A stretch of DNA of 64,000 nt from Pseudomonas phage vB_PaePAO1-KEN19: sequence record PP456878.1; one strand, written 5' to 3'. Each line of letters starts with the position of its first letter. The first letter of the stretch is position 1. Below the pieces are notes generated by a model. It was not told the DNA's origin and did not search any database. It was given only the letters and a program-made list of their open reading frames with translations. The position numbers and the translations under genes are program-made. Positions 1 to 7,933 of this stretch are shown here, piece by piece.

Positions 1-659
1 AACTTTTTAATAGTTTCAGATTTTCCAACACAACGCTCGGTTTTATCAATTAATGAAAAACCAATAGTCCTAATTGGTTCATCCTTATTATGGAAGCTAT
101 AATTGGTAATACTCATACCTACCAATAGTCCATTTTTATCTACATTAACTACTTTAGAATCAGTGTACTTATAAATATCATTGATTGCATAACCAGCTGA
201 ATATAATACATCTTTAAAATGACTAGTTACTTTATCAATAATAAAGTTTTGATAATCTGATTGATATAGTTTATCACTATATTCAAGCTTTTTGATAATA
301 TCACTTAGTTCATGATACACATTAGTAAAACTATTCGAAAAATAATTATCTTTTATTCCTAACCTAGTTAACAGATCTAGCTGGATTTCTTTTTTAGATA
401 GTTTCGTAGAATTACTAAGTTTTTCAATGACGGATGTAATTGTACGTAGATCAATTGCTAGTGAAAGTGATTTAAAGATATTATTAATTGGTGTATCAGA
501 TAGCTTTGAAATAGCTATTAGTAGATTATCTAATTCATCATTAGTAATTTTCAGTTCTTTCACAATGTCATTATATTCAATTAGTTTACCATCAATAATA
601 TTACAGATTAGAAGTTTATGTAATTCTTTAATAGTGGTATTAACTTGTAGATTATTCAT
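1..659 (-). CDS. hypothetical protein, 3' end beyond the window edge (ATG at 659-657 after AAAAGG-type RBS; open minus frame runs to position 1)
   Basis: My own reverse-complement translation ([33 protein letters not shown]...) stays open for about 220 codons to the window edge. The track shows only a short antisense plus ORF here. Confidence 0.5.
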
Positions 660-679
660 TTTTTTACCTTTTAGTTAAT

Positions 680-1117
680 TTAAAATTTATTTACAGTTCT
701 AAGAAAATATTCAGATGGATCGTCGAAGAAGACAATACTATCAACAACACTATTTTGTCGAGTACACCTTACTTTGATAAGATTATATTCTCTGAATTTA
801 TTAAGACCCCAAGCTTCTTTAGCACGATGGCGTAATCCACTACCAACAATAGCCCCATACCTAGTTTGTTCAACAAATAAATAAACATCCCAGCCATGAT
901 GATTATCATGGTATTTTGCGTAGTATTTATTGTCTTTAGTTTTGTTTAAACTAAGACTATACCTTTCTGTCTGTAGTTGATTAATATTCGATTTAATCAT
1001 TTCATTTAATTTGGGTTCCACTATATGAATGACATCGCCAGCAGTAGTGGCCATTACCTTTAGTTTGTGATGCACGTTCGTAAGAACGTCCTCCCAAATG
1101 TTAGTAACTACGTCCAT
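680..1117 (-). CDS. hypothetical protein (145 aa)
   Basis: ORF in the minus-strand gene block, preceded by a terminator and TATATTAC promoter cassette. Confidence 0.55.
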   Translation of the reverse strand: MDVVTNIWEDVLTNVHHKLKVMATTAGDVIHIVEPKLNEMIKSNINQLQTERYSLSLNKTKDNKYYAKYHDNHHGWDVYLFVEQTRYGAIVGSGLRHRAKEAWGLNKFREYNLIKVRCTRQNSVVDSIVFFDDPSEYFLRTVNKF

Positions 1118-1159
1118 CTATTAAAACCTCGACACATTAATTTGATTTTGTAATACACA

Positions 1160-1196
1160 CATGTAATATATATCTCAAATAAAATTTAGTGCAATA
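1160..1196 (-). promoter_or_regulatory. putative phage early-type promoter: minus-sense TATTGCACTAAATTTTATTTGAGAT-ATATATTACATG, core TATATTAC
   Basis: The TATATTAC core sits about 43 nt upstream of the ATG at 1117. The same box recurs at 16280-16316, 9535-9573, 25062-25100 and 38852-38895. Confidence 0.45.
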
Positions 1197-1216
1197 GCCC
1201 TCCCCGAAGGGAGGGC
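1197..1216 (-). terminator. GC-rich hairpin gccctccc-cgaa-gggagggc, terminator of upstream minus gene
   Basis: An 8-bp GC stem in AT-rich DNA, immediately 3' of the stop of gene 1229-1558. Confidence 0.5.
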
Positions 1217-1228
1217 CATATGCTCTTA

Positions 1229-1558
1229 TTATCGATTAACTACACGATAATTATCAATAATAAACTCGATGTACTGTTCGACATCATGTAAGAAGCAGTT
1301 GTAACTATACCGATCAAGTTTATTTAAAGCTTCAGTTAGAACTGGTTCGATATAGATATTTATTTCAGCTATTGATGGAATCTCAACATACTTGTTTTCA
1401 TATTCGGTAAGCTGCTCCTTTACCTTAGCCATTTGCTTTTTGTAAATGTATTCCATCGACCATTCTTTATAAATGGAACGTGCCCCATCAAAGAGATGGT
1501 AACCAAATGCAATACCACCAAGCACCAGAACACCAGTGGAAATAGTTGACATATTCAT
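1229..1558 (-). CDS. hypothetical protein with N-terminal transmembrane segment (109 aa)
   Basis: ORF with a hydrophobic N-terminus (ISTGVLVLGGIAFGY). Confidence 0.55.
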   Translation of the reverse strand: MNMSTISTGVLVLGGIAFGYHLFDGARSIYKEWSMEYIYKKQMAKVKEQLTEYENKYVEIPSIAEINIYIEPVLTEALNKLDRYSYNCFLHDVEQYIEFIIDNYRVVNR

Positions 1559-1589
1559 GACATATCTCCTTTTTTCAAGATTGAATTCA

Positions 1590-1606
1590 CATTAGTAATA
1601 TACTGT
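1590..1606 (-). promoter_or_regulatory. putative promoter, minus-sense AACAGTATATTACTAATGTG (TATATTAC core)
   Basis: Exact TATATTAC about 38 nt upstream of the ATG at 1558. The extended box TATATTACTAATGTG is identical to the copy at 38852-38868. Confidence 0.45.
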
Positions 1607-1642
1607 TAAAATATGTTTGAATACAAAAAATAAAATATAAAG

Positions 1643-1658
1643 CCTCCCCGAAGGGAGG
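1643..1658 (-). terminator. hairpin cctccc-cgaa-gggagg followed (minus sense) by TTTATATTTTATTTTTTG
   Basis: GC stem followed by a T-run on the minus strand, right after the stop of gene 1687-2214. Confidence 0.55.
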
Positions 1659-1686
1659 ACTTTATGGTGACTTTGTAAAAGACTTA

Positions 1687-2214
1687 TTATAGTTGAAAGT
1701 CTTTATCTTCTTCAATGATTTCATAACCTGGTAAATTAACTATATTTTTATTTAAACGAACTCGTTCATCTACTAGGTATTTAACTACTTTAAGTAATTG
1801 ACTTATCGACAGGTCATTATTTTCATCAGTATCTGATTTAAAAATACGACCACTGGTAGGTGAAGCATTCGTAAAACAAATACCTTCATTATCTTTATAA
1901 ATATCATAATACCATACGACATATGGATTATTGGTATTACTTATGACAAATACTAAAAACAGATCTTCATCATCACCTTGACCATTCAGGATCCCGATAT
2001 TTTTTCGATGCGTTATACCACCTGTAATAACTAGGCCGTTGACATCATCACTGAATTTAAATATATCATACCCACCTTCAAGTTTACCATTTTCAAAATA
2101 CTGTAATAGCGCACCACCTACTACAGCACCCCATGAAAAGAAGTTATCTTTATTTAAATGCTCAACCATCTTAAAAATCCTCTTTAGGTTCAGTGATCCG
2201 AGAATAAAGAACAA
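1687..2214 (-). CDS. hypothetical protein (175 aa)
   Basis: ORF in the tightly packed minus block. Confidence 0.55.
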   Translation of the reverse strand: MFFILGSLNLKRIFKMVEHLNKDNFFSWGAVVGGALLQYFENGKLEGGYDIFKFSDDVNGLVITGGITHRKNIGILNGQGDDEDLFLVFVISNTNNPYVVWYYDIYKDNEGICFTNASPTSGRIFKSDTDENNDLSISQLLKVVKYLVDERVRLNKNIVNLPGYEIIEEDKDFQL

Positions 2215-2312
2215 ACATATCAGTTAGGATATTTCTATCTAGAATGGTACGTGTAAGTAAGATTCCATATTGAAATATACCTGTAGTATACAAATTATAA
2301 AACAACATAAAA

Positions 2313-2337
2313 AGAGAGAGGATAAATTCCTCTCTCT
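2313..2337 (-). terminator. hairpin agagagagg-ataaatt-cctctctct
   Basis: A 9-bp stem directly after the stop of the small ORF 2356-2478. Confidence 0.4.
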
Positions 2338-2355
2338 TTATGCAACTAAATAGTT

Positions 2356-2478
2356 TTATTCTTTTTGCTTTTCTTTAGCTTCACGTTTAGCTTTGAGTTC
2401 TGCATTATTAAGCCGCCAAGCAGCTTGCATAGTAGCTAGATTGACAAACTTAGGCTGTTGCTTATTTTTAACTTTCAT
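2356..2478 (-). CDS. small Lys-rich ORF (40 aa, MKVKNKQQPKFVNLATMQAAWRLNNAELKAKREAKEKQKE), not in the ORF track
   Basis: Translated by hand. It fills the gap between genes and ends at a hairpin. Confidence 0.3.
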   Translation of the reverse strand: MKVKNKQQPKFVNLATMQAAWRLNNAELKAKREAKEKQKE

Positions 2479-2549
2479 TTGCTAATTCCAAATTTATTTC
2501 AAATGGTTAATCTAAACTATTAAATTGCTTCATATTCTTCATGCATAAT

Positions 2550-2843
2550 TTAATCCTCAGTCAGCGTAGTATAATCTACATAAAGATCATTGAGTTGCTC
2601 TTTTAATGAAATATTTATTTTTAATTCATTAAGAGTAATCCTATTCCAATGTTTACGCGGATTACCACATAGCATACAACGAGACCTACCGCAGTTAAAC
2701 GGATTATGTTTACGCCATTTACCTTTAGCCTTTGCTGAAGGATTAGTGTCATTATAACGACTCTCGGCTAGTGAAACATAATAATTAACTATACGAGTAT
2801 TGTGATGACGATTAAGTTGTGCAGATAGTTTGTTGCTTGACAT
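2550..2843 (-). CDS. hypothetical protein with Cys cluster (CGRSRCMLCGNPRK), possible zinc ribbon (97 aa)
   Basis: ORF with a CxxxxCxxC motif and an AGGTGGAG-type RBS upstream. Confidence 0.5.
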   Translation of the reverse strand: MSSNKLSAQLNRHHNTRIVNYYVSLAESRYNDTNPSAKAKGKWRKHNPFNCGRSRCMLCGNPRKHWNRITLNELKINISLKEQLNDLYVDYTTLTED

Positions 2844-2942
2844 ATTTATACTCCACCTTAATACCCCTACCCCAATATGGAGTAGGGTAAAGTATGTAGT
2901 AGAGTAAATTTAATACATTAACTTTTAACATTCTAAACTTCA

Positions 2943-3443
2943 TTAATTTTCCACAATATCCTGGATGGTACGTAGACTTTCTTGCATTGTCAGTAAGAAA
3001 TTACGATAAGGTTCACTGGTGTCCAAAAAAGGTGGCATGTTTAACCTATTAGTAACCTCTTCTAGAAATTCTTTATACTTATAAAGATTAATAGTGAATT
3101 TATTACAATCTGGATCAGTAGTAGTTGGGATAATATAATTACGAATAATGTAGTAAATATGAAAACTGCTACCATATTCAATTAAAGTATAAGGATTATC
3201 ATCAATGAATTTCTGTGCTTCTTTTCCTTTTAAGGCGAAATCTTCTCGTTCAACGATTTCATGAAGTAGCGGCCCTAAGAATTGCATTGGAATCACACCA
3301 TACATTTTAGTGAATTCCTTAATATATTTATATGTTACTTTTGGATTAGGATATACCTCACGATTCCTACCAATATTTCTAACTAGATATAGTTTTTCTT
3401 TTACTAAGATATTTTCGATGCATAGTTCATCTTTAAATAGCAT
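2943..3443 (-). CDS. hypothetical protein (166 aa)
   Basis: ORF in the minus block. Confidence 0.55.
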   Translation of the reverse strand: MLFKDELCIENILVKEKLYLVRNIGRNREVYPNPKVTYKYIKEFTKMYGVIPMQFLGPLLHEIVEREDFALKGKEAQKFIDDNPYTLIEYGSSFHIYYIIRNYIIPTTTDPDCNKFTINLYKYKEFLEEVTNRLNMPPFLDTSEPYRNFLLTMQESLRTIQDIVEN

Positions 3444-3492
3444 AAAATATTTTCCTTTTAATAAGATGGTATTAAACTTTTTTCTTTATTGA

Positions 3493-4326
3493 CTAATATT
3501 TTCTTCGTTCGATATCCTGTAGTTTCGCGAATGTGTCGAGCTTGTATTGGTCAACAAAATGCCAGGCTAGATCGGTAAGTGTATAGATGTCCGGACGTTC
3601 GTATTTACCGAAGTCTGGTTTCTCACGACTCAATTGAAAATCGATGAACTGATCTAATATAGGGCAACGATCTATCAGATCCTGTTCAATAGACCCAACC
3701 TTATCATTAACCAGTTCTTGGATACGTTTATAAAGGATAGGATCTGACAGAAGAGGCAGTAGGTCATGGAATACCATCGGCGGATGTTCCAGACTTTCAC
3801 GGACCCACATTGCAGCCAACAGAGGACGAAGAGAATAGAAGTATTTCTTCATCCGGATCTTCTCATCTGACAACCAACGCATTTTGGTTTGTTTGGCCAT
3901 CGAGATATAGTGCATGTAACTCGATTCAGGGATGAAGTGCTTTAGCGCAGCATCACGGATTAACTTGTAGTCCCGATCAACCTTACGGTAAACGATTGGG
4001 GAGTTTAGCCATTCCAAGAGAGTGGGGTTAGACTTGTAAGCAAGCTGAAGAGTCTTAGTGATACTCCAACCAGCTAGGTCTAGTTCTTTAGACACCATCT
4101 CTTCAATAGTATCACGTGCTTCATTATCCACACGAACATAATGACTCGGATGGTTAACGTAAATGAAACGAACGTCATAGTCACTATTAGTTGAAGCAAA
4201 GCCCCATCCACGACTACCGGACTCACAAGCATAAATAATCTTTACACCATATTTCTTTTCGATACGGTCTAGTTCTACATTAATCGTTACCCGCATCTCA
4301 TCGTTAACTGGATGACGTTGATCCAT
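3493..4326 (-). CDS. nucleotidyltransferase, pol-beta superfamily (277 aa)
   Basis: G-S-x10-D-Y-D motif (ESGSRGWGFASTNSDYDVRF), typical of the NTase fold. Its size fits the predicted-nucleotidyltransferase families found in phages. Confidence 0.5.
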   Translation of the reverse strand: MDQRHPVNDEMRVTINVELDRIEKKYGVKIIYACESGSRGWGFASTNSDYDVRFIYVNHPSHYVRVDNEARDTIEEMVSKELDLAGWSITKTLQLAYKSNPTLLEWLNSPIVYRKVDRDYKLIRDAALKHFIPESSYMHYISMAKQTKMRWLSDEKIRMKKYFYSLRPLLAAMWVRESLEHPPMVFHDLLPLLSDPILYKRIQELVNDKVGSIEQDLIDRCPILDQFIDFQLSREKPDFGKYERPDIYTLTDLAWHFVDQYKLDTFAKLQDIERRKY

Positions 4327-4733
4327 TATCCACCAACCTTTTCAAATTTGAGTTTTTCTTCTTTACCTGTGTCCAGATACATGAACATCGATGTACCCAG
4401 CAAGTTGTATACAAACCAACCTTTGCTCACAAGTTCCTCTTCGAATTTCAGTGGTGCCGATAGTTCGCATATAGCCTCGTACGGGATGACAATAGGCTCT
4501 TTCTCGGGCTTAGTAAGAATCAGTGCATGATCTGCAAGCTTCAACCATTGCTTGCGACTACTGATACCAAGACCAATACTAAACTCTTCACCTGGATCTT
4601 TTCCGTTAAAAAGGCTACAGCGAGTTTCTTTGGTTACTCTATTACCGGCGATACCGATCGTGAGAGGATCAGGAAAGACCCCCATCAGTTCAATAACCAT
4701 TTCAAGTTGACGCTTCAGTTCAGTGTTGTTCAT
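4326..4733 (-). CDS. hypothetical protein, partner of the NTase by TAATG-type overlap (135 aa)
   Basis: Its stop overlaps the start of the downstream NTase gene, suggesting translational coupling. Confidence 0.5.
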   Translation of the reverse strand: MNNTELKRQLEMVIELMGVFPDPLTIGIAGNRVTKETRCSLFNGKDPGEEFSIGLGISSRKQWLKLADHALILTKPEKEPIVIPYEAICELSAPLKFEEELVSKGWFVYNLLGTSMFMYLDTGKEEKLKFEKVGG

Positions 4734-4841
4734 AGGACAAATTCCTTTGTATTGTATTTACGTACTACATCGGTCCACTAGGCAGGAGTCTGTGCATAGT
4801 AGTATTCGCTGAATATCCCAAATGAACCATAGGGAAATAAA

Positions 4842-4859
4842 GCCTCCCCAAAGGGAGGC
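4842..4859 (-). terminator. hairpin gcctccc-caaa-gggaggc then minus-sense TTTATTTCC
   Basis: Hairpin immediately 3' of the thyA-family stop, followed by a T-tract on the minus strand. Confidence 0.6.
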
Positions 4860-4866
4860 ATTTATG

Positions 4867-6333
4867 TTAGACAGCAACTTTACCAGCAATGTGTGAATGA
4901 TATTCGTAGTTTTCGATAACAAAATCATCTACACCAATTTCCCGAATATCTTTACCAATAGCTTCTTGTTTGAAACGAATAGTTGGTAGAACCTTCGGTT
5001 CACGAGTTAATTGAAGATCAGTCTGTTCTTGGTGATTAGAGTAAATATGTACATCACCACCAGTCCAGATAAACTCTTCAGCAATCATATTCATTTGGTT
5101 AGCTAACATGTGAGTCAGCAGACTATAGAATGTGATGTTAAAGGGTTTTCCTAAGAAAGTATCACAAGATCTTTGATAGAGTTGACAACTGATGGCTCGT
5201 TTCGGAGCACCATGTTGATCCAGCCATTCTACTACTGCTTCATCTGTAGCCTTTTCATAACCACGACAGACACGCAGAAGTGCTTTAACCTGCTCAGCAC
5301 TATCGAATGGAGGTTGACCACGAGTAATCTCACCACTAATCTTATCATGATAAGCATCAGCTTCGAACTGGGTTTGGTCTAGAGCTTGCACTCGTTCATC
5401 TACGGTCAGTTCACGGGTCCAGAACTGAATAAATGCGTGGCAAGGTGGGAGTGCCTGCTCATCAATAAGATGTGGCGCCCATGCACAAACAATGATCCGA
5501 CGAGAATCCGGGTTGGTGCGAAGTTGATCGATGATGTCTTGGATTTGGTCGATACGTCGAGTAACCACGCATCTATCGGTTTCCATGGTTGTACCTGGGA
5601 TATCCGCCACGAAGTCAAAACCACGCTTCTCATAATCAAACCACTCATATTTAGGGATTACACGAGTGTCTTCAAGATTACGCCATGTCTTACCGTAAAC
5701 AGCACCTAGATCGCCGCCGACCAGACGCTCTGGTTCTTTATGCATCAAAGCACGATACAGTCGCTTGTTATATTCAGCACGAATACCTTCAGGATTTTTG
5801 GCTTCATCGAACCCTTCAGTAGCGAACCTATTCCACGACGTTACGCTAACTCCAATGATGTATTGGATTTCCTCACGGTTAACTGGATATTCATCCCAGA
5901 AGGCCTGAATAGTCTCTGGAGTCATACCCGACTCGAATTCCGCTACAGTCTCAATGAATGGAGTAGAGTCATCGTTCATACAATGTAAGTACATTACGAA
6001 TGGGGCACCAATGAGGGCAGTTACTGCTTTAAGAACGGCCTCATCGGTCATCGGCTCATATACTGCGGTTTCAGGTTTAACCCACTCGTTCCAGATGCGT
6101 ACACCATTAGCGATCAGGTAATCCACCTTAGTATCACCTGACAGCATCCAGAACAATTCATGAATTACAGAAGCTAGATGAATCTTCTTGGTGGTTACAA
6201 CTGGTAGCTGATTATTACGCAGACTATAACGTTCTTGTTGACCAAACATGCTCTGAGTACCAGTACCAGTACGGTCACCTTTATGTACACCGTGTTCTTT
6301 AACTAAACGGATTGAATTAAGATATTGTTCCAT
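4867..6333 (-). CDS. thyA: thymidylate synthase family enzyme with three large insertions (488 aa): ThyA or dUMP hydroxymethylase
   Basis: The N-terminus carries the DRTGTGT motif and the catalytic Cys lies in LPPCHAFIQF. The block LSCQLYQRSCDTFLGKPFNITFYSLL is near-identical to E. coli ThyA, the dUMP-specifying Asn (PFN) is kept, and the C-terminus is GDVHIYSNH. Insertions of about 130, 30 and 70 aa sit between conserved blocks. Confidence 0.8.
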   Translation of the reverse strand: MEQYLNSIRLVKEHGVHKGDRTGTGTQSMFGQQERYSLRNNQLPVVTTKKIHLASVIHELFWMLSGDTKVDYLIANGVRIWNEWVKPETAVYEPMTDEAVLKAVTALIGAPFVMYLHCMNDDSTPFIETVAEFESGMTPETIQAFWDEYPVNREEIQYIIGVSVTSWNRFATEGFDEAKNPEGIRAEYNKRLYRALMHKEPERLVGGDLGAVYGKTWRNLEDTRVIPKYEWFDYEKRGFDFVADIPGTTMETDRCVVTRRIDQIQDIIDQLRTNPDSRRIIVCAWAPHLIDEQALPPCHAFIQFWTRELTVDERVQALDQTQFEADAYHDKISGEITRGQPPFDSAEQVKALLRVCRGYEKATDEAVVEWLDQHGAPKRAISCQLYQRSCDTFLGKPFNITFYSLLTHMLANQMNMIAEEFIWTGGDVHIYSNHQEQTDLQLTREPKVLPTIRFKQEAIGKDIREIGVDDFVIENYEYHSHIAGKVAV

Positions 6334-6533
6334 TACTTGATCCTCGGATTGTCTACTAGTCCACAGTTGAACCAGAGATGTTTATCATGGCGGCGCTCAT
6401 CACTAATAGATACGATCGTACCCTTACCATCTTTAAAGTTAATAATCAATGCCCGAACTCGACCATGGGTGAGAGCATTGAAAATTTTGTACGACTTTAC
6501 ACTGAATGCGATTCTTTCATCAAGACGATCCAT
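6333..6533 (-). CDS. small hypothetical protein (66 aa), TAATG overlap with the thyA-family start
   Basis: An AGAGGAA RBS sits 8 nt upstream of the ATG, and the stop overlaps the downstream start. Confidence 0.5.
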   Translation of the reverse strand: MDRLDERIAFSVKSYKIFNALTHGRVRALIINFKDGKGTIVSISDERRHDKHLWFNCGLVDNPRIK

Positions 6534-6560
6534 ACTTTATTCCTCTAGTCTTACTAATAA

Positions 6561-6854
6561 TCACAGATCAACCTCTATCCGTTTGTATTTGATTTCAACC
6601 GGAATACCTAATTCATTTTTTACAAGATTAAATGAGTTTTTTGATGGAGTGTATGTAGCAATTATAACGGCTTGACTATCAGCTACAGCTACATCTCGCC
6701 ATTCCATGTGCATGTTATCGAAATCATCTTTACCCATAATCAAGTAATAAGACGTATCATTATGCGTAATGGTATTTTCAAACGGTCTAATTACAAAAGC
6801 ACTTAAACTAGACTGTATACGGTGTCCTACTTGTTCAAGTGTAACTGTATACAT
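6561..6854 (-). CDS. hypothetical protein (97 aa)
   Basis: ORF with an AGGAGG RBS upstream (ctaggaggttttATG). Confidence 0.55.
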   Translation of the reverse strand: MYTVTLEQVGHRIQSSLSAFVIRPFENTITHNDTSYYLIMGKDDFDNMHMEWRDVAVADSQAVIIATYTPSKNSFNLVKNELGIPVEIKYKRIEVDL

Positions 6855-6875
6855 AAAACCTCCTAGACGGCATAC

Positions 6876-6895
6876 GGGAGTCCCGAAGGACCCCC
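6876..6895 (-). promoter_or_regulatory. 5'-UTR hairpin ggggguccuucgggacuccc (perfect only as minus-sense RNA via G-U), 20 nt upstream of an AGGAGG RBS
   Basis: The stem needs a G-U wobble that forms only in the minus transcript, and no T-run follows. I call it a leader or processing structure rather than a terminator. Confidence 0.35.
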
Positions 6896-6959
6896 TAAGC
6901 GCAACTAACCAATCGGCCAGTATTTTGCCTATAATATTAGTCTATTAAAAGTATTTTTA

Positions 6960-7667
6960 TTACAGACCAATACGAGTCAAAATTTCAGCCCAACCTTTCT
7001 CTTTAGCATATCGCAATAGGCTATTTTCAATATGGGTTTCACTATAGACAATAGGCTCATGACCACCTTGTACATGATACATTGTTAATGGTTCCACCAC
7101 ATGTTGACTAGACCAAGCATCGTATAAACGATCATTGATTTTAATCACCACATATACCATCAATTTATCGTCGATGTCAAGATCAATACCTGCTACAAAT
7201 GCATTAACATTGGAACGCACTTGGTCAGCAGTTAGTTGCACTTGCAGCCCGCCATGTACTTCAAATTCGATATCACAGATATTCTTATTTAACCAAGTAT
7301 ACACTGCCTGATTAGCATATGTCTCAATTGGATCACTACTACGTAAATCTATTAATGGACCATATGTTTCTAATGATGAGACACTGGTATCAACTAAGTC
7401 ATTCAATGAGTATTCGGTACTAGAACAACTATCTAAAACACAGATAGTGTTATCCTCGATATGGATAGGTAATACCTTGAATACCACATTAGCAACATTA
7501 GGTAATGACGTATCTGGTTCAGAACTATTGAATGGAGTATAAAATAATCGATCAGCCACTTCAGTATCAATAGTTGATACATCCATTGGAATGAATCCAT
7601 TAAGATCTTGTTTGATTACGTCATTGTGTCCAATTCCAGAAAAAGATAAATACATTTTCTCAGACAT
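6960..7667 (-). CDS. hypothetical protein (235 aa)
   Basis: ORF in the minus block. Confidence 0.55.
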   Translation of the reverse strand: MSEKMYLSFSGIGHNDVIKQDLNGFIPMDVSTIDTEVADRLFYTPFNSSEPDTSLPNVANVVFKVLPIHIEDNTICVLDSCSSTEYSLNDLVDTSVSSLETYGPLIDLRSSDPIETYANQAVYTWLNKNICDIEFEVHGGLQVQLTADQVRSNVNAFVAGIDLDIDDKLMVYVVIKINDRLYDAWSSQHVVEPLTMYHVQGGHEPIVYSETHIENSLLRYAKEKGWAEILTRIGL

Positions 7668-7675
7668 ATCCGTAC

Positions 7676-7933
7676 CTATTTATTTACACAGATTAGAGTA
7701 TGTTCTACTTTACTGGTACTAGAAGAAAAATAACGTAATAGAACACCATCGCTGATTTTTACAGTCTCTACATTATTACGAATAGCACTTGCTTTAGCTA
7801 GTTTTTGAATACGCTCAATCGCGCTAAAACAAGTAGTCATGTCAGAGAACTCAGTAGTTGACTGCGATGCACCATTGGCTTGATAACCAGCGATACTGAT
7901 ACTACTAAAAAGAATTGCTAAAGTTGCATTCAT
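7676..7933 (-). CDS. small protein with signal-peptide-like N-terminus (85 aa)
   Basis: MNATLAILFSSISIAGYQANGA looks like a signal peptide. It has a 4-nt overlap with the upstream gene. Confidence 0.5.
   Translation of the reverse strand: MNATLAILFSSISIAGYQANGASQSTTEFSDMTTCFSAIERIQKLAKASAIRNNVETVKISDGVLLRYFSSSTSKVEHTLICVNK

Noticed and set aside
427-678. Plus-strand 83-aa ORF
   Set aside because: It lies antisense inside the long open minus-strand frame 1-659, which has a proper RBS and start at 659. It is Ser/Ile/Leu-rich, as expected for an antisense read of AT-rich coding DNA.
5173-5988. Four short ORFs on both strands inside the thyA-family gene
   Set aside because: The thyA-family frame has strong homology across its whole length. 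The others are shadow ORFs in a locally GC-richer stretch.
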